64,000 nucleotides of DNA from Mizuhopecten yessoensis (lineage: Eukaryota): the NCBI RefSeq assembly GCF_002113885.1, contig NW_018404085.1:155761-219760 (forward strand), written 5' to 3'. A model generated the notes under the pieces. That model was not told the DNA's origin and searched no databases. It saw only the letters and a list, made by a program, of their open reading frames with translations. How positions within the stretch are numbered: position 1 is the stretch's first letter; each line of letters starts with the position of its first letter. Made by a program: the position numbers and the translations under genes. Positions 37,801 through 49,732 of this stretch are shown here, piece by piece.

Positions 37801-40800
37801 TTAAGCCTGTTGGCGTTCATCCAGATACTGATATCTGTCAGACAAGCTTCCAGACTTTCTGAGACTATTCCAACTGTCCTGTGGTTTTATGACCATGTAA
37901 ATGTGTGTGTCATCAGCATAGCAATGATAGCGAAGGCTATGGCGACGACAAATCTCTCCAATCGGTTTGGGGTACATACAATATTTTCGTGGTCCTAACA
38001 CCGACCCTTGAGGAACCCCGAAAACTAGTACTTTGTCATGTGAGGTGGCAGATCCGATGGCAACACACTGTCGTTGTTCACTCAGGTATGACTGTATCCA
38101 GCATAGTGCGGTATCAGACACTCCATAAGAGTGTTCCAGACGTTTATAAAGTATGCCATGGTCGATGACGTCAAATGCAGCTGACAAGTCCAGCATGACA
38201 AGCACCGCTCTGCACTTGTTATCCAATGCAGAAGCTATATCACTATGTTCACGTAGGAGGGCCGTCTCAGTAGAGTGTCCCATGCGGTAGGCCGATTGCA
38301 TGTTGTCATGGAGACTGTCTGCATGGAGATGAACCTCTAAACGACGGGACACAACCTTCTCCAAGATCTTAGACAAAAAAGGCAGATTTGAAACTGGGCG
38401 GTAGTTTTTCAACTCCTCCTTGTCCATTCCAGGCTTTTTTTAAATGGTCTGACATGTGTCTTCTTGAAACATAATGGAACCTTTGACTCAACCAATGATT
38501 TATTCATGATTGCGATAATTAAAGGAAGCAGTGCTTCAAGACATTGCTTTAATAGGTCTGTAGGCAGTGGATCAAGCTCACCGGACTTCGATTGCGAGGT
38601 CATGATAATGTTGCGCAACTCGTCCTGGGTTGTTGGTGAGAGCTTTGTCAATTATATACTGGACCCTTCAATAGTCAACTCTTACAATCAAGCTATTTTC
38701 AGTCTTGTTTGTTGTAGGTCTGTATATGAATTTTGTTTGATCTTTACAGCACATAATTCCGAAACTATCCACAAAATTCTAGAAGATGAGAAAGCTAAAC
38801 TTAAAGAAAAACTGGAAGGGATTGGACAAATCTTAAAAGACGCTGAAGTAAGTATTTTTGTTGTTATACACCTAAAGCACAGGTGATGCAAGAATCGTCA
38901 GTTGTTTGAAATCTATATCAATGCGTGCATTTACTGTTTTCTGTTTTGTTGATGTTCATTGTCAGACAAGGAACGATCATGTATGAGATCTGTTGGCACA
39001 TGATGCGTGACTTATGGTGTGTGATGTCTGCAATCTGTTGGCAATGATGCGTGACCTATGGTGTGTGATGTCTGCAATCTGTTGGGACATGATGCGTGAC
39101 TTATGGTGTGTGATGTCTGCGATCTGTTGGCAATGATGTGTGACCTATGATGTGTGATGTCTGCAATTTGTTGGGACATGATGTGTGACGTATGGTGTGT
39201 GATGTCTGCGATCTGTTGGCACATGATGCGTGACCTATGGTGTGTGATGTCTGCAATCTGTTGGGACACGATGCGTGACCGATGGTGTGTGATGTCCGAG
39301 ATCTGTTGGCACATGATGCGTGACCTAGGGTGTGTGATGTCTGCGATCTGTTGGGACACGATGCGTGACTTATGGTGTGTGATGTCCGAGATCTGTTGGC
39401 ACATGATGCGTGACCTATGGTGTGTGATGTCCGAGATTTGTTGGCACATGACGCGTGACTTATGGTGTGTGATGTCCGAGATCTGTTGGTACATGATGTG
39501 TGACCTATGATGTGTGATGTCCGAGATCTGTTGGGACATGATGTGTGACCTATGGTGTGTGATGTCTGCGATCTGTTGACACATGATGCGTGACCTATGG
39601 TTTGTGATGTCCGAGATCTGTTGGGACACGATGCGTGACCTTTCGTGTGTGATATCTGCGATCTGTTGACAAATGATATGTGACCTATGGTGTGTGATGT
39701 CCGAGATCTGTTGGCACATGATGTGTGACCTATGGTGTGTGATGTCCGAGATCTGTTGGCACATGATGTGTGACCTATGGTGTGTGATGTTTGCGATCTG
39801 TTGACACATGATGTGTGACCTATGGTGTGTGATGTCCGAGATCTGTTGGGACATGCTGTGTGACTTATGGTGTGTGATGTCCGAGATCTGTTGGCACATG
39901 ATGTGTGACCTATGGTGTGTGATGTCCGAGCGATCTGTTGACACATGATGTGTGACCTATGGTGTGTGATCTCCGAGATCTGTTGGCACACGATGCGTGA
40001 CCTATGGTGTGTGATCTCCGAGATCTGTTGGGACATGATGTGTGACTTATGGTGTGTGATGTCCGAGATCTGTTGGGACATGATGTGTGACTTATGGTGT
40101 GTGATGTCCGAGATCTGTTGACACATGATGTGTGACCTATGGTGTGTGATGTCCGAGATCTGTTGACACATGATGCGTGACTTATGGTGTGTGATGTCTG
40201 CGATCTGTTGGCACATGATGCGTGACTTATGGTGTGTGATGTCCGAGATCTGATGGGACATGATGCGTGACTTATGGTGTGTGATGTCCAAGATCTGTTG
40301 GGACATGATGCGTGACTTATGGTGTGTGATGTCCGAGATCTGTTGGCACACGATGCGTGACCTATGGTGTGTGATGTCAGAGATCTGTTGGGACATGATG
40401 TGTGACTTATGGTGTGTGATGTCTGCGATCTGTTGACACATTATGTGTGACCTATGGTGTGTGATGTCCGAGATCTGTTGACACATGATGCGTGACCTAT
40501 GGTGTGTCATGTCCGAGATCTGTTGACACATGATGCGTGACTTATGGTGTGTGATGTCTGCGATCTGTTGACACATGATGCGTGACCTATGGTGTGTGAT
40601 GTCCGAGATATGTGGACACATGATGCGTGACGTATGGTGTGTGATGTCTGAGATCTGTTTGCACATGATGCGTGACCTATCGTGTGTGATGTCCGAGATA
40701 TGTTGGCACATGATGTGTGACCTATTGTGTGTGATGTCCGCCGATATCTGTTGGCACATGATGTGTGACTTGTATGTGTAATGTTCAAGATCTGATGGCA

Positions 40801-42507
40801 CGTGATGTGACTTATGACCTATAACAGTATCATTTGTTAGGTATCTTTTCAATAATGAAGATAATTTCCCCTAGGTGTGTACATTATATGAATCGCGATT
40901 TATATTGTGTAACCTTTGATATGAGACAATGACGTATAAATAGGGCTGCAACGATCTATCGCGATATTTTGATAACGGTACCATACACAATATTTTTTGG
41001 AAGGTCACGATATACACCTACGATATTTTTCAGATTTTGTCGTTTCTGAATTTAGTCTCATCCTATCCATGCCCACGTGGCGAGTGAAGCTCTAGTATGC
41101 ACGTCGAGACACGTGGATTATACGAAACGTGCTAAGTCATGCCTATTTTTAACCACTTCTATCGTGACCACAGTATCGTGATACATATCCTATCGTGACC
41201 ACAGTATCGTAATTATCGTGACCACAGTATCGTGATACATATCATATCGTTACCACAGTATCGTGATACATATCCTATCGTTACCACAGTATCGTAATTA
41301 TCGTGACCACAGTATCGTGATGCATATCATATCGTGACCACAGTATCGTAATTATCGTGACCACAGTATCGTGATACATATCATATCGTGACCACAGTAT
41401 CGTGATACATATCATATCGTGACCACAGTATCGTGATACACATCATATCGTGACCACAGTATCGTGAGACATATCATATCGTGACCACAGTATCGTGATA
41501 CATATCATATCGTGACCACAGTATCGTGATACATATCATATCGTGACCACAGTATCGTGATACATATCATATCGTGACCACAGTATCGTGATACATATCA
41601 TATCGTGACCACAGTATCGTGATACATATCATATCGTGACCACAGTATCGTGATACATATCATATCGTGACCACAGTATCGTGATACATATCATATCGTG
41701 ACCACAGTATCGTGATACATATCATATCGTGACCACAGTATCGTGATACATATCATATCGTGACCACAGTATCGTGATACATATCATATCGTGACCACAG
41801 TATCGTGATACATATCATATCGTGACCACAGTATCGTGATACATATCATATCGTGACCACAGTATCGTGATACATATCATATCGTGACCACAGTATCGTG
41901 ATACATATCATATCGTGACCACACTATCGTGATTATCGTGACCACAGTATCGTGATACATATCATATCGTGACCACTGTATCGTGATACACATCATATCG
42001 TCACCACAATATCGTGAGACATATCATATCGTGACCACAGTATCGTGATACACATCATATCGTGACCTCAGTATCGTGATACATATCATATCGTAACCAC
42101 AGTATCGGGATACATATCATATCGTGACCACAGTATCGTGATACGTATAGTACCGACGTTACAGCCCCAGGTATAACGTATGATATAACCTAGAAACGTT
42201 TGACGCATAACACAATGAGGAGTGACGTATGTATGGCTAATTTCAAATGACGTATATGTCGTGTTAATCTAATCAACAGGTGCAAGGGACTGTCCAGAGT
42301 ATCCATGCTGATCAACCTGGTCGAGGTATCATAAAGGCAGCGGAAGACTTTGGCGCACATATGATTGTAACCGGATGTCGCGGAGCCGGCATGGTACGGA
42401 GGACCTTGATGGGAAGTGTCAGTGACTACGTAGTCCATCACGCCACAGTTCCAACTTTAGTTTGTCGTCATCCTCGTGAACACCATGGTCACGGGCACCA
42501 TAAATAA
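34892..42507 (+). CDS. Universal stress protein A-like (USP copy 3), 163 aa, 4 coding exons
   Basis: Exons 34892-34961, 36222-36317, 38750-38847, 42280-42507; phases 1,1,0. MEEEKFNVLIAMDESEHAKYAFNYYMEQIHNPKFSIVMVHVV...MIVTGCRGAGMVRRTLMGSVSDYVVHHATVPTLVCRHPREHHGHGHHK*. Confidence 0.94.
35021..35261. mobile_element. MITE with 17-bp perfect TIRs and 5-bp TSD GATAC; spans an assembly gap (N run 35143-35205)
   Basis: CAGTGGCGGATCCAGAG ... CTCTGGATCCGCCACTG flanked by GATAC on both sides. Confidence 0.88.
37410..38651 (-). mobile_element. L2-clade LINE reverse transcriptase fragment in USP3 intron 2
   Basis: NYRPVSNLPFLSKILEK, LDLSAAFD, GVPQGSVLGP, HCYADDT, MNANRLKLNQEKTELIVF, LVTSRLDYGNALL; two frameshifts. 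Confidence 0.93.
38985..40815. repeat. 45-bp satellite, ~40 copies, USP3 intron 3
   Basis: Unit GATGTCCGAGATCTGTTGGCACATGATGTGTGACCTATGGTGTGT. Confidence 0.96.
40941..42169. mobile_element. hAT-like MITE containing an internally amplified 31-bp satellite
   Basis: Termini TAGGGCTGCAACG ... CGTTACAGCCCCA; flanks CGTATAAA / GGTATAAC (degenerate 8-bp TSD). Confidence 0.75.
41160..42145. repeat. 31-bp tandem repeat, ~31 copies
   Basis: Unit ATCGTGACCACAGTATCGTGATACATATCAT. Confidence 0.96.
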
Positions 42508-43183
42508 GGACGCGACACCTAGATACAGTAATGACGTGATAACACTAAGACATATTTAATAAACTTTATGCCAGTAAATACGGATACGCTTTACGCCAGG
42601 CAATACAGATGCACTTTAATTTACGCCAGTAAAAACTGATACACCATACTCTGGTTAATACATGCCAGCAACTAATGGAGTATTGTAGTTACTTTAAGAT
42701 GAATTCTGGTAAGTCCGGAGAGCGTGCATGATTATTAAAGGTGCTCAAGATTTTTTCCAGATTAACGAAAATGTTATCACTTAAAAGTCAGTAGTTTAAC
42801 GAAGATAATAGTCAAAAAGAGATGAAAGGACTGAAGAAAACTTCACTGTATATATTTTATCGCATTATTTTATATGTCATAAACCATCATCTTCACTGGC
42901 AATAAAGATTTTGATTTCATACCTGATTGATTTCTTTGTGTAACATACTTTTGGCGCAATTTTGCGCTGTGGTAGCGTGGCATCGTGACGACAGGCTGAC
43001 TCAATCCATGACTTCCGGGAGCAAATTGAACATAAAACCCAAATAATGATGAGGAATATTTTACATGAAACATATTTTGTATATAAAGAACAATTTTAGG
43101 TATATGTAATAGATGATCATGTAATACCACCCATACTCCTTCACAAGAATTTACGCATACAACTCATTTAGTATACTGACGTA

Positions 43184-43426
43184 AATAATAATAATAGTTC
43201 GAGGTTCTTATATCACTTTATAACAACCTAATTCCTAGGTCGTCTCAAAGCGGTTCACAAATTATTATCCGTGGTTATAGGGCCTTTGCAACCAGCCTGT
43301 ATCTTTCTCAACTCACTGGAACAAGCGGAGTAAAGTATCTTGTTCAAAAATACAACACAGTACCGTGACGTGACTCGAACCCGCAACCATTCGGTCACGA
43401 GCCCGGCGTCCTACCACTAGATTACC
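43184..43426 (-). mobile_element. tRNA-derived CORE-type SINE with L2-like tail (internally deleted)
   Basis: On - strand: TCTAGTGGTAGGACG...GGGTTCGAGTC (A/B boxes), CORE-like TGTATTTTTGAACAAGATACTTTAC, tail GAACCGCTTTGAGAC...(TAT)n. Confidence 0.78.
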
Positions 43427-43816
43427 TAAAACATATATTCATATATATATGTACCGTGTCTTAGTCCGCACAAAAACTATGTGACGTCACATAACAACGG
43501 ACGTGTGGTATTACTTATATAACACTGTTTTACATCCATACAATGTCCTTCTGACTGAGAGAAAATGGTATGTATGCTGACGATGTCACCATTCCTTTTT
43601 ACAGTACGTTTTACAAAGTACGTGTTTGTACACAATTGCTAACCGTTTAAGATTTTTAACGTTTTCATTTGAATGTTAGCTCCAAATACTGTTAACTCAC
43701 ATTAAGGTTATATTGCTAATTTAAACAATCTCAGTTGATCTATATCTTACTTAATTGTTATTCCGGTGTAACAAATGTACCAAACCGCTAACTTAATATA
43801 CCATTTTGTGTCGATA

Positions 43817-45832
43817 TCATCGTTGGGTTAGAAATCCTTGAGAACCTGTAGTGATAATGCCCTTCTCAAGCAGTATAGATTTTGACACTACTAATGTATG
43901 CATAGACCCTTCAGACCTCATAAATTGAATCTTGTCGGAAACTGTTTCCAGTGCTCTTGTCCCTGTATTGTATCGTTGTAGTTCCCATGATCTGTCTATA
44001 GGAAACGGTATGGTTCCGTAGCAGCTTTCTTGTATAATGTAAAGACTTGTTAGATCTTTTGTCATTGTTGGAGGTTTAAAAGTATCGGCATATTTGTGTT
44101 TTTCTCTTAGAGAGCGAACATTGATGTACTCTAACTCGTCTTTGCTTTCAAATATGTGGTTCTTGGTGAGGATATAGACCACATCTCCAATATTCACAGA
44201 TTGTAAGTTTTGGTGGCTGAAAGGTAGATATGTCGAAAGGTGTCCTCCTGTGTTTGTTTCTGTGTCAAAAAACTGTGCCAGGTTTGAAGGTTCCTTATTC
44301 TGTTCGTCTCTGAACCCTCCGTAAAGCAAGATCAGCCGTCCTGAATTGCAAGCAGTCGCGCCGGATACCGGTACCATAATGCTACCACAATGTCTCCACG
44401 TGTTCTCTGATGGTCTCCAGGCCTCAACACTCTCCAATTTGTCTTCTGTTGGAATGGTATCCTCCTTATCGAACTGGAAGCCATTACCACCGATAATATA
44501 TATGGAGTCGCGAACACACACCATACAGTGACTCATTCGAGCAGTTTTGATCTTCGTACATGACACTATCTTGTCAGTCAGTCCGTCAAATTTCTGAAAT
44601 ATCCGCCTTCCCTGACCCCCGGAGAAGTAAATTTCACTTTGCCCAAATCGGCAAGTGGCATAACCATGACCTAGCTTAAATGGAGCCGATCTCAGTGTGT
44701 ACCACCGCTTACAGTCAAACCGCCAAGCCCACATACAAGGATTGCAGCACGTGAACCTCTGATTGAACCCAATAAGTAAAAGAGCTTTTTCCATGTTGTA
44801 GTGCTGGCGAAGCGTTGTCCTGGTTGAGACTTCATCCATTCGACAGTTCGGAAGACTTTGATATCTTAATGCTTCTTCAATGAATGGTTTAATTGCAGGT
44901 GCGTCAAAGAATCTAAAATTATTCATGAAGTCAGAATAAAGTTCCTTTGATATAAATGGCTGTCGAATATGCTGGAATACATCGGCGAGGTACTGTTTAC
45001 GTAGGTCTCCGTCATCCTCAAACCATATCTTTGCAGCCTGATATACCTTGTCTTCGCTTGATACCAGCAGATTAGGATTAGATATGAGAAATACCAGCTC
45101 CTCTTTATCCAGGCACCTTATGTCGTCTTCTTTAAGACGATCGAAATAAAGCAGCAAGTATTCCTCACATGTTTGGCGTAGGGCATTGCATTCCGGGAAA
45201 CGTTTGGCAGTTCGCCAAATGGCTATTACATTTTGAACATCTAACACTGATGAAAGCGCCGTTTCGCACATATATCTAAGGGAGTCAACTCTGAAAAATA
45301 TAGCAGCCTCCAACAATTCTCTGGCGTTACTAGCGGTGAACTCGTCATAACCTCTGTAGATATACATGATCATCTTTCGAATAGTTTCGCTCCTAAAACT
45401 AGCCAGCTGAATCTCTTCTTGTCGCGCTTCTTTCATTTCTATTGTAAATAGGGTCCGGAAATAGTCTGAAAAGGTGGCAAGAATCACTTTATGACATTTG
45501 AACTTCATTCCCTGAACAACCAGTGTGACGTCACACATCGAATCATCTTCTCTCAGGAACTTGAATCCTTTAAGTACACCATCTAAAAAGGTTTTCTCTG
45601 ATATTTGCTTTTCAATTGTTAAGTTTAGATGCGTGGTCTGTATAGGTATTTGAGGAATACTGAACACCTGTACGTCTGTACTTGGAGCGGTCTCTGTGTC
45701 TGACCTCATACACCCTTCCTGTTCATCGTTCATCTTTGATGTTATTACCGCGTTTTTCTGATCACGCTCTGCTAACTGTGAGGGGGAAACACTCGATCTC
45801 GGTGGTTGATCCTGATTCTCAGCTTCAGCCAT
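43817..45832 (-). CDS. Kelch-like protein (BTB-BACK-Kelch), 671 aa, single coding exon; putative CUL3 adaptor
   Basis: Uninterrupted ORF; BTB motif CDVTLVVQGMKFKCHKVILATFSDYFRTLF, BACK motif SSEDKVYQAAKIWF, kelch GG motifs (IYFSGG, IYIIGG, ILLYGG). Confidence 0.95.
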   Translation of the reverse strand: MAEAENQDQPPRSSVSPSQLAERDQKNAVITSKMNDEQEGCMRSDTETAPSTDVQVFSIPQIPIQTTHLNLTIEKQISEKTFLDGVLKGFKFLREDDSMCDVTLVVQGMKFKCHKVILATFSDYFRTLFTIEMKEARQEEIQLASFRSETIRKMIMYIYRGYDEFTASNARELLEAAIFFRVDSLRYMCETALSSVLDVQNVIAIWRTAKRFPECNALRQTCEEYLLLYFDRLKEDDIRCLDKEELVFLISNPNLLVSSEDKVYQAAKIWFEDDGDLRKQYLADVFQHIRQPFISKELYSDFMNNFRFFDAPAIKPFIEEALRYQSLPNCRMDEVSTRTTLRQHYNMEKALLLIGFNQRFTCCNPCMWAWRFDCKRWYTLRSAPFKLGHGYATCRFGQSEIYFSGGQGRRIFQKFDGLTDKIVSCTKIKTARMSHCMVCVRDSIYIIGGNGFQFDKEDTIPTEDKLESVEAWRPSENTWRHCGSIMVPVSGATACNSGRLILLYGGFRDEQNKEPSNLAQFFDTETNTGGHLSTYLPFSHQNLQSVNIGDVVYILTKNHIFESKDELEYINVRSLREKHKYADTFKPPTMTKDLTSLYIIQESCYGTIPFPIDRSWELQRYNTGTRALETVSDKIQFMRSEGSMHTLVVSKSILLEKGIITTGSQGFLTQR

Positions 45833-46478
45833 AGTAAATCCACAAAGAGGTTGTCCCTTCTTTAGCCAATTTTATTTCAATATGATTGAGTATGTTCACA
45901 TCTATGGCAGCCAAAACTCTTCAGTGCCGGACCTGTTGAAACAAAACATAGAAATAATTGAAGATTCTGACATATTTATTGAATATCAAATGCATTTAAT
46001 CAGATGATGTTTGTCCTTTCAGGGATTGAAATCATTTTTTTTTTCTTAAACAAGAGAAAAGCATCGGAGCTAGACACATATATATTGTTCTAAACATTGC
46101 TAAGGGTCTCACTTTCACCTATATTAGAGTCGTACCAAAGCCGCCTTATGTGTCTATATACAGGGGCCACGCGTGTAAAATGGTAACAAATTGTTTTGAC
46201 ATTGAAATTGCGAAATGAGGGAACCAATGTTGTTCGTTAAATAAAAACGAAACATATTTCCGCTACCAACGATTGGCTTGATACGTGAAAAATACCTTTT
46301 ACAATTATAACTGAGCTCATCGCATCTTTACAATTAAATTTTCGGTCCAAGGATTCTGACCATTATAATAAACCATGGATTTTTCAGAACGACTACTAGG
46401 CCTAATTATCGGCATAACGTATTCAGATTCTTGAGTACTTGATGCCGATTTTAATACTAATAATATTTATATAGCATA

Positions 46479-46835
46479 TGTAACAGGCACGGAAAAACGC
46501 ACGGCAATACCAGGGTTCGAATCCGGGACCCTCCGAACTCTAGACGAACGAGTTATAATGTACCTGGACGCCGGCAATCGACCCAGTCCAGTTCAGCTAC
46601 ATTCCTCTGTCCTTTCCAAGTCTTCGCGCTCGAAGACAAAACTATTTACCTTTGCCAGCGTACGCCCAATACTTGAAACAATGGTTGGCAAGCTCGACAA
46701 CTTTTTAACAAGAGCAGAGAAATGCAAGGCCCGACCGGGGTTCTAACCATTGACGTTCCCTTCGAACTCTAGACTGACGCTCTTCCAGTAGAGCTACCTG
46801 TTCGCCGGCGATCGACCAAATCCAGTTCCGCTACT
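46479..46835 (-). mobile_element. Miniature non-autonomous LTR retrotransposon (TRIM) with tRNA-like LTRs
   Basis: Two diverged direct repeats, 46479-46601 and 46704-46835 (TG...CA termini, degenerate in the second copy); ~100-bp internal part with polypurine tract GGAAAGGACAGAGGAA (- strand); 4-bp TSD CATA. Confidence 0.8.
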
Positions 46836-48099
46836 CATAACAATATTATTTTTTAATTCTTAAAGCTACGCGCCATTTTCACTTGTCAATGAATGGAACA
46901 ATCTTATGTATAATGTTGTAAATTCAAGCACTGAGAAAACCAACCGCAAAGAGATATGGCGGGTTGCTATGCCTATTTCCCCAAAGCTATGTTACGCTAG
47001 TACGCGCATCCAACCGTGCACTGTTATGACGCGTCCTCAGGTGTTTTTATACAGGTAGCAATATTGGAATCCCGTGTCTAAGAATAGATTATTGTAAACA
47101 GACCACATATTTGGTATTTCGGCATTATTTGTTAGTGCTTAAGCACTTGATATAATTACTTTTGCCAGTTGGAGGGTTAAACAATTCATAAATTTTATCA
47201 AAAATAGTCTTACCTACAAAGCGTAGCTGTACCGTACACGTGTACAGGGATTTGTTAACATGCTTCGATAGAAGTATGTCGCACTAAATAGTAAAGAAAT
47301 TATTACTAACAAAACTGATAAATCAATAGGTATGTTATTAAAATGAAAACAAAATTGTCCATCGATTTAAAAAACCCACTATTGCCTTATTAAGGAAAAT
47401 GATCACATGCCTAAATATTTCAAAAAAAAAATTAACTGAAAGAGGATTCGAATCTGCACCGTTTATTTTCTAGTCGCAAGTATACTGCGTTACACATTCG
47501 GCTACATAGAACATATAGATATTGGCAATTACAAACTTATTTAACCCGAGAAACACCTGTCGCAGTTTAGAGAAACTTGATCACCCCTGTTTTTCATTAT
47601 TTTGAGCACTTTCCCAAAGGAGGACCACTTTTGGGTAATACGATTTGTTTTTGCAAATTACATCACGGTCACAAAAAAGTTTATTCAAAAGTTGGTCCTC
47701 GGATGGGAAAGTGTTGAAAGTATTTTTTAAGTCCGGGAAACCCCATCACTTTCATAGATATAGTGTATATGGCTATATTTGCAGTATCATATTAGCAATA
47801 CCTAATTTCTCAGCAGTTTAAAAATTCATATTCAATTGGTTTTGTATCTTTTGTATGCATTTTTGCTACCCGAAATGTTTTACTCCTTAATTTTTTTCCC
47901 CGTTTTCATAAATGCCGACTTAGGGAAATACGGGCAGTTTTCCGCCATACCTCTTTGTCACTGTTTTAAAGTGGGAACATCGAACTGTACGTGTTGCAAT
48001 TTAAAAGTGACGTTTTCATTTCAGATCGGCCTGTCAAATGATTGTAAAATCACAGAATGTTACTTTTACCTTACAGTTACCTTTCACTATAGAACTACG

Positions 48100-48900
48100 T
48101 ATGCTGCCTAACTACACCTACCTGCTTTGACAGTGTGCAAAACTTCGGAATGCGATTTAGAGAGCACATCGCAAAGCACATGCGGACAAATTAATATCAT
48201 ACAGCCAAACATGTTTTTTTATACCTGGAAGTTCAACTTACTTGGTAACTTGTAGTTTGAGATTAACGCACTGAAAACATTCGGCACTGTTCCTCGTTTG
48301 CGTCTCATCATTAAGGTACGTCTATACAAATTTACCAGCCAACCAATTTCATGGATATCCAGCTTTCTTTCGAGTCGACAACAAAATACAACTGTGAACG
48401 GAGAGGATTCGGAGTGGACAGAAACTACTCCCATCATACGACAAGGATCCATTTTGGGCCTACTTCTATTTTTTTTTCTTTTTTCTATTAATGATCTTCC
48501 AAGCTCAGCGGAATTTGAAATGGGTATCTTTTCGGACAATTTAATATCTTCAAAGTAAATTACAAAGGAAGAAGATTATAAAACATTCCAATAAAACTTA
48601 GATTAAATGTGCAAATAGAGTGAGGATTGGCTTCTAAATATGCACTCGTATAAATGCAAGCACTTGCACATTTTAAAGTCCAATGATATACCAGATAGTT
48701 ATACTATTTTTCCCTTTATACAATGTCTTGCCCGATCTCAACTTGATTATGAAAGCGCAGTATGGTCTCCTTATAAATATAAATATATTGACTTAATTGA
48801 AATGTACAACGTAGAGCCACAAAATGCTGACCTTGACTGAAAAACTCATATGAAGATAGCCTTAAACACTTAATCTTCCTGTTTATCATATAGACTTATG
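48100..48900 (+). mobile_element. Highly degraded CR1-like LINE RT fragment
   Basis: KTFGTVPRLRL, ISWISSFLSSRQQ.TTVNG, QGSILGLLLF..INDLP, RSQLDYESAVWSPY. Confidence 0.75.
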
Positions 48901-49701
48901 TGTTGTACATGTGATTTAATTCTATGAAATGATCAGTGGTGTTTAAATTGTGGTAAGATTTAACTGCAAAACAAAATGTAAGAGGGGATTCATTTTTTTC
49001 CACACGAAGGTCAAATTCAACATCTAGGGGAAAGTGTTTCACTGTGAGAGCTATACACGTTAACGTAATACGCTATCTGACAACCTGCTAGAAACTGTTT
49101 TAAAATAGATTGGATAGTGTTGGGAGAACCAAGATAGTATACTGGAGCAGCTGAACTATTAACATCAACAGAACTCGACAGTCTATAAATGCATATGACC
49201 ACGGAATAAGTCCGTGATATTACAATGTACAATGCAATCACTGTTGTTGTTTCGTACTATGTATTGTATGGGTTTTTTAGCCCGGGGGAGAGGGTTGTCT
49301 AATCCTGTACTGTACATTAACTTATAACATCACGTTGAGTACTGAAGTGCAATACATATACATTTATACATATTGTTGCAAGATACAGCTTACATTGATA
49401 CTTACATTATGAATAGTTTGACGAGTAAGCATGAACACAGCGGTCTTTAACACATAAACAAGTTTAATGTTACTCTCAAATGATGGTGCATTTAATTTGT
49501 TGACAGTCGACTTCCTGGTTACTACAAGGGAGCAAACTCTTTCGTACTGAAAACATGTCTATCGAACGCACCTGAAAATAAAATTAAAAAATGTTAATAA
49601 AATAATATTTTTTCTATTACTGACCGTTAAAAATATTTTAGCAAAAACCATATCACTGTGATTGTCGGGGTGAATAAAAGGTGATCATTTATTAGAAATA
49701 T

Positions 49702-49711
49702 TCTCGCGAGA
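49702..49711. promoter_or_regulatory. TCTCGCGAGA palindrome (CGCG element; BANP/Kaiso-type motif) 22 bp upstream of the GOSR1 ATG
   Basis: Perfect 10-bp palindrome in CpG-poor sequence at a housekeeping-gene start. Confidence 0.75.
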
Positions 49712-49732
49712 GTCCGACACCGTGGAACTAAC

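Noticed and set aside
39012-40852. His/Cys-rich 310- and 583-aa ORFs resembling zinc-finger or metal-binding proteins
   Set aside because: Translations of a 45-bp satellite with internal frameshifts, antisense within a USP3 intron.
13008-42507. USP genes as bacterial contamination or recent HGT
   Set aside because: They have spliceosomal introns in shared positions, carry host-type TEs, and are flanked by metazoan genes.
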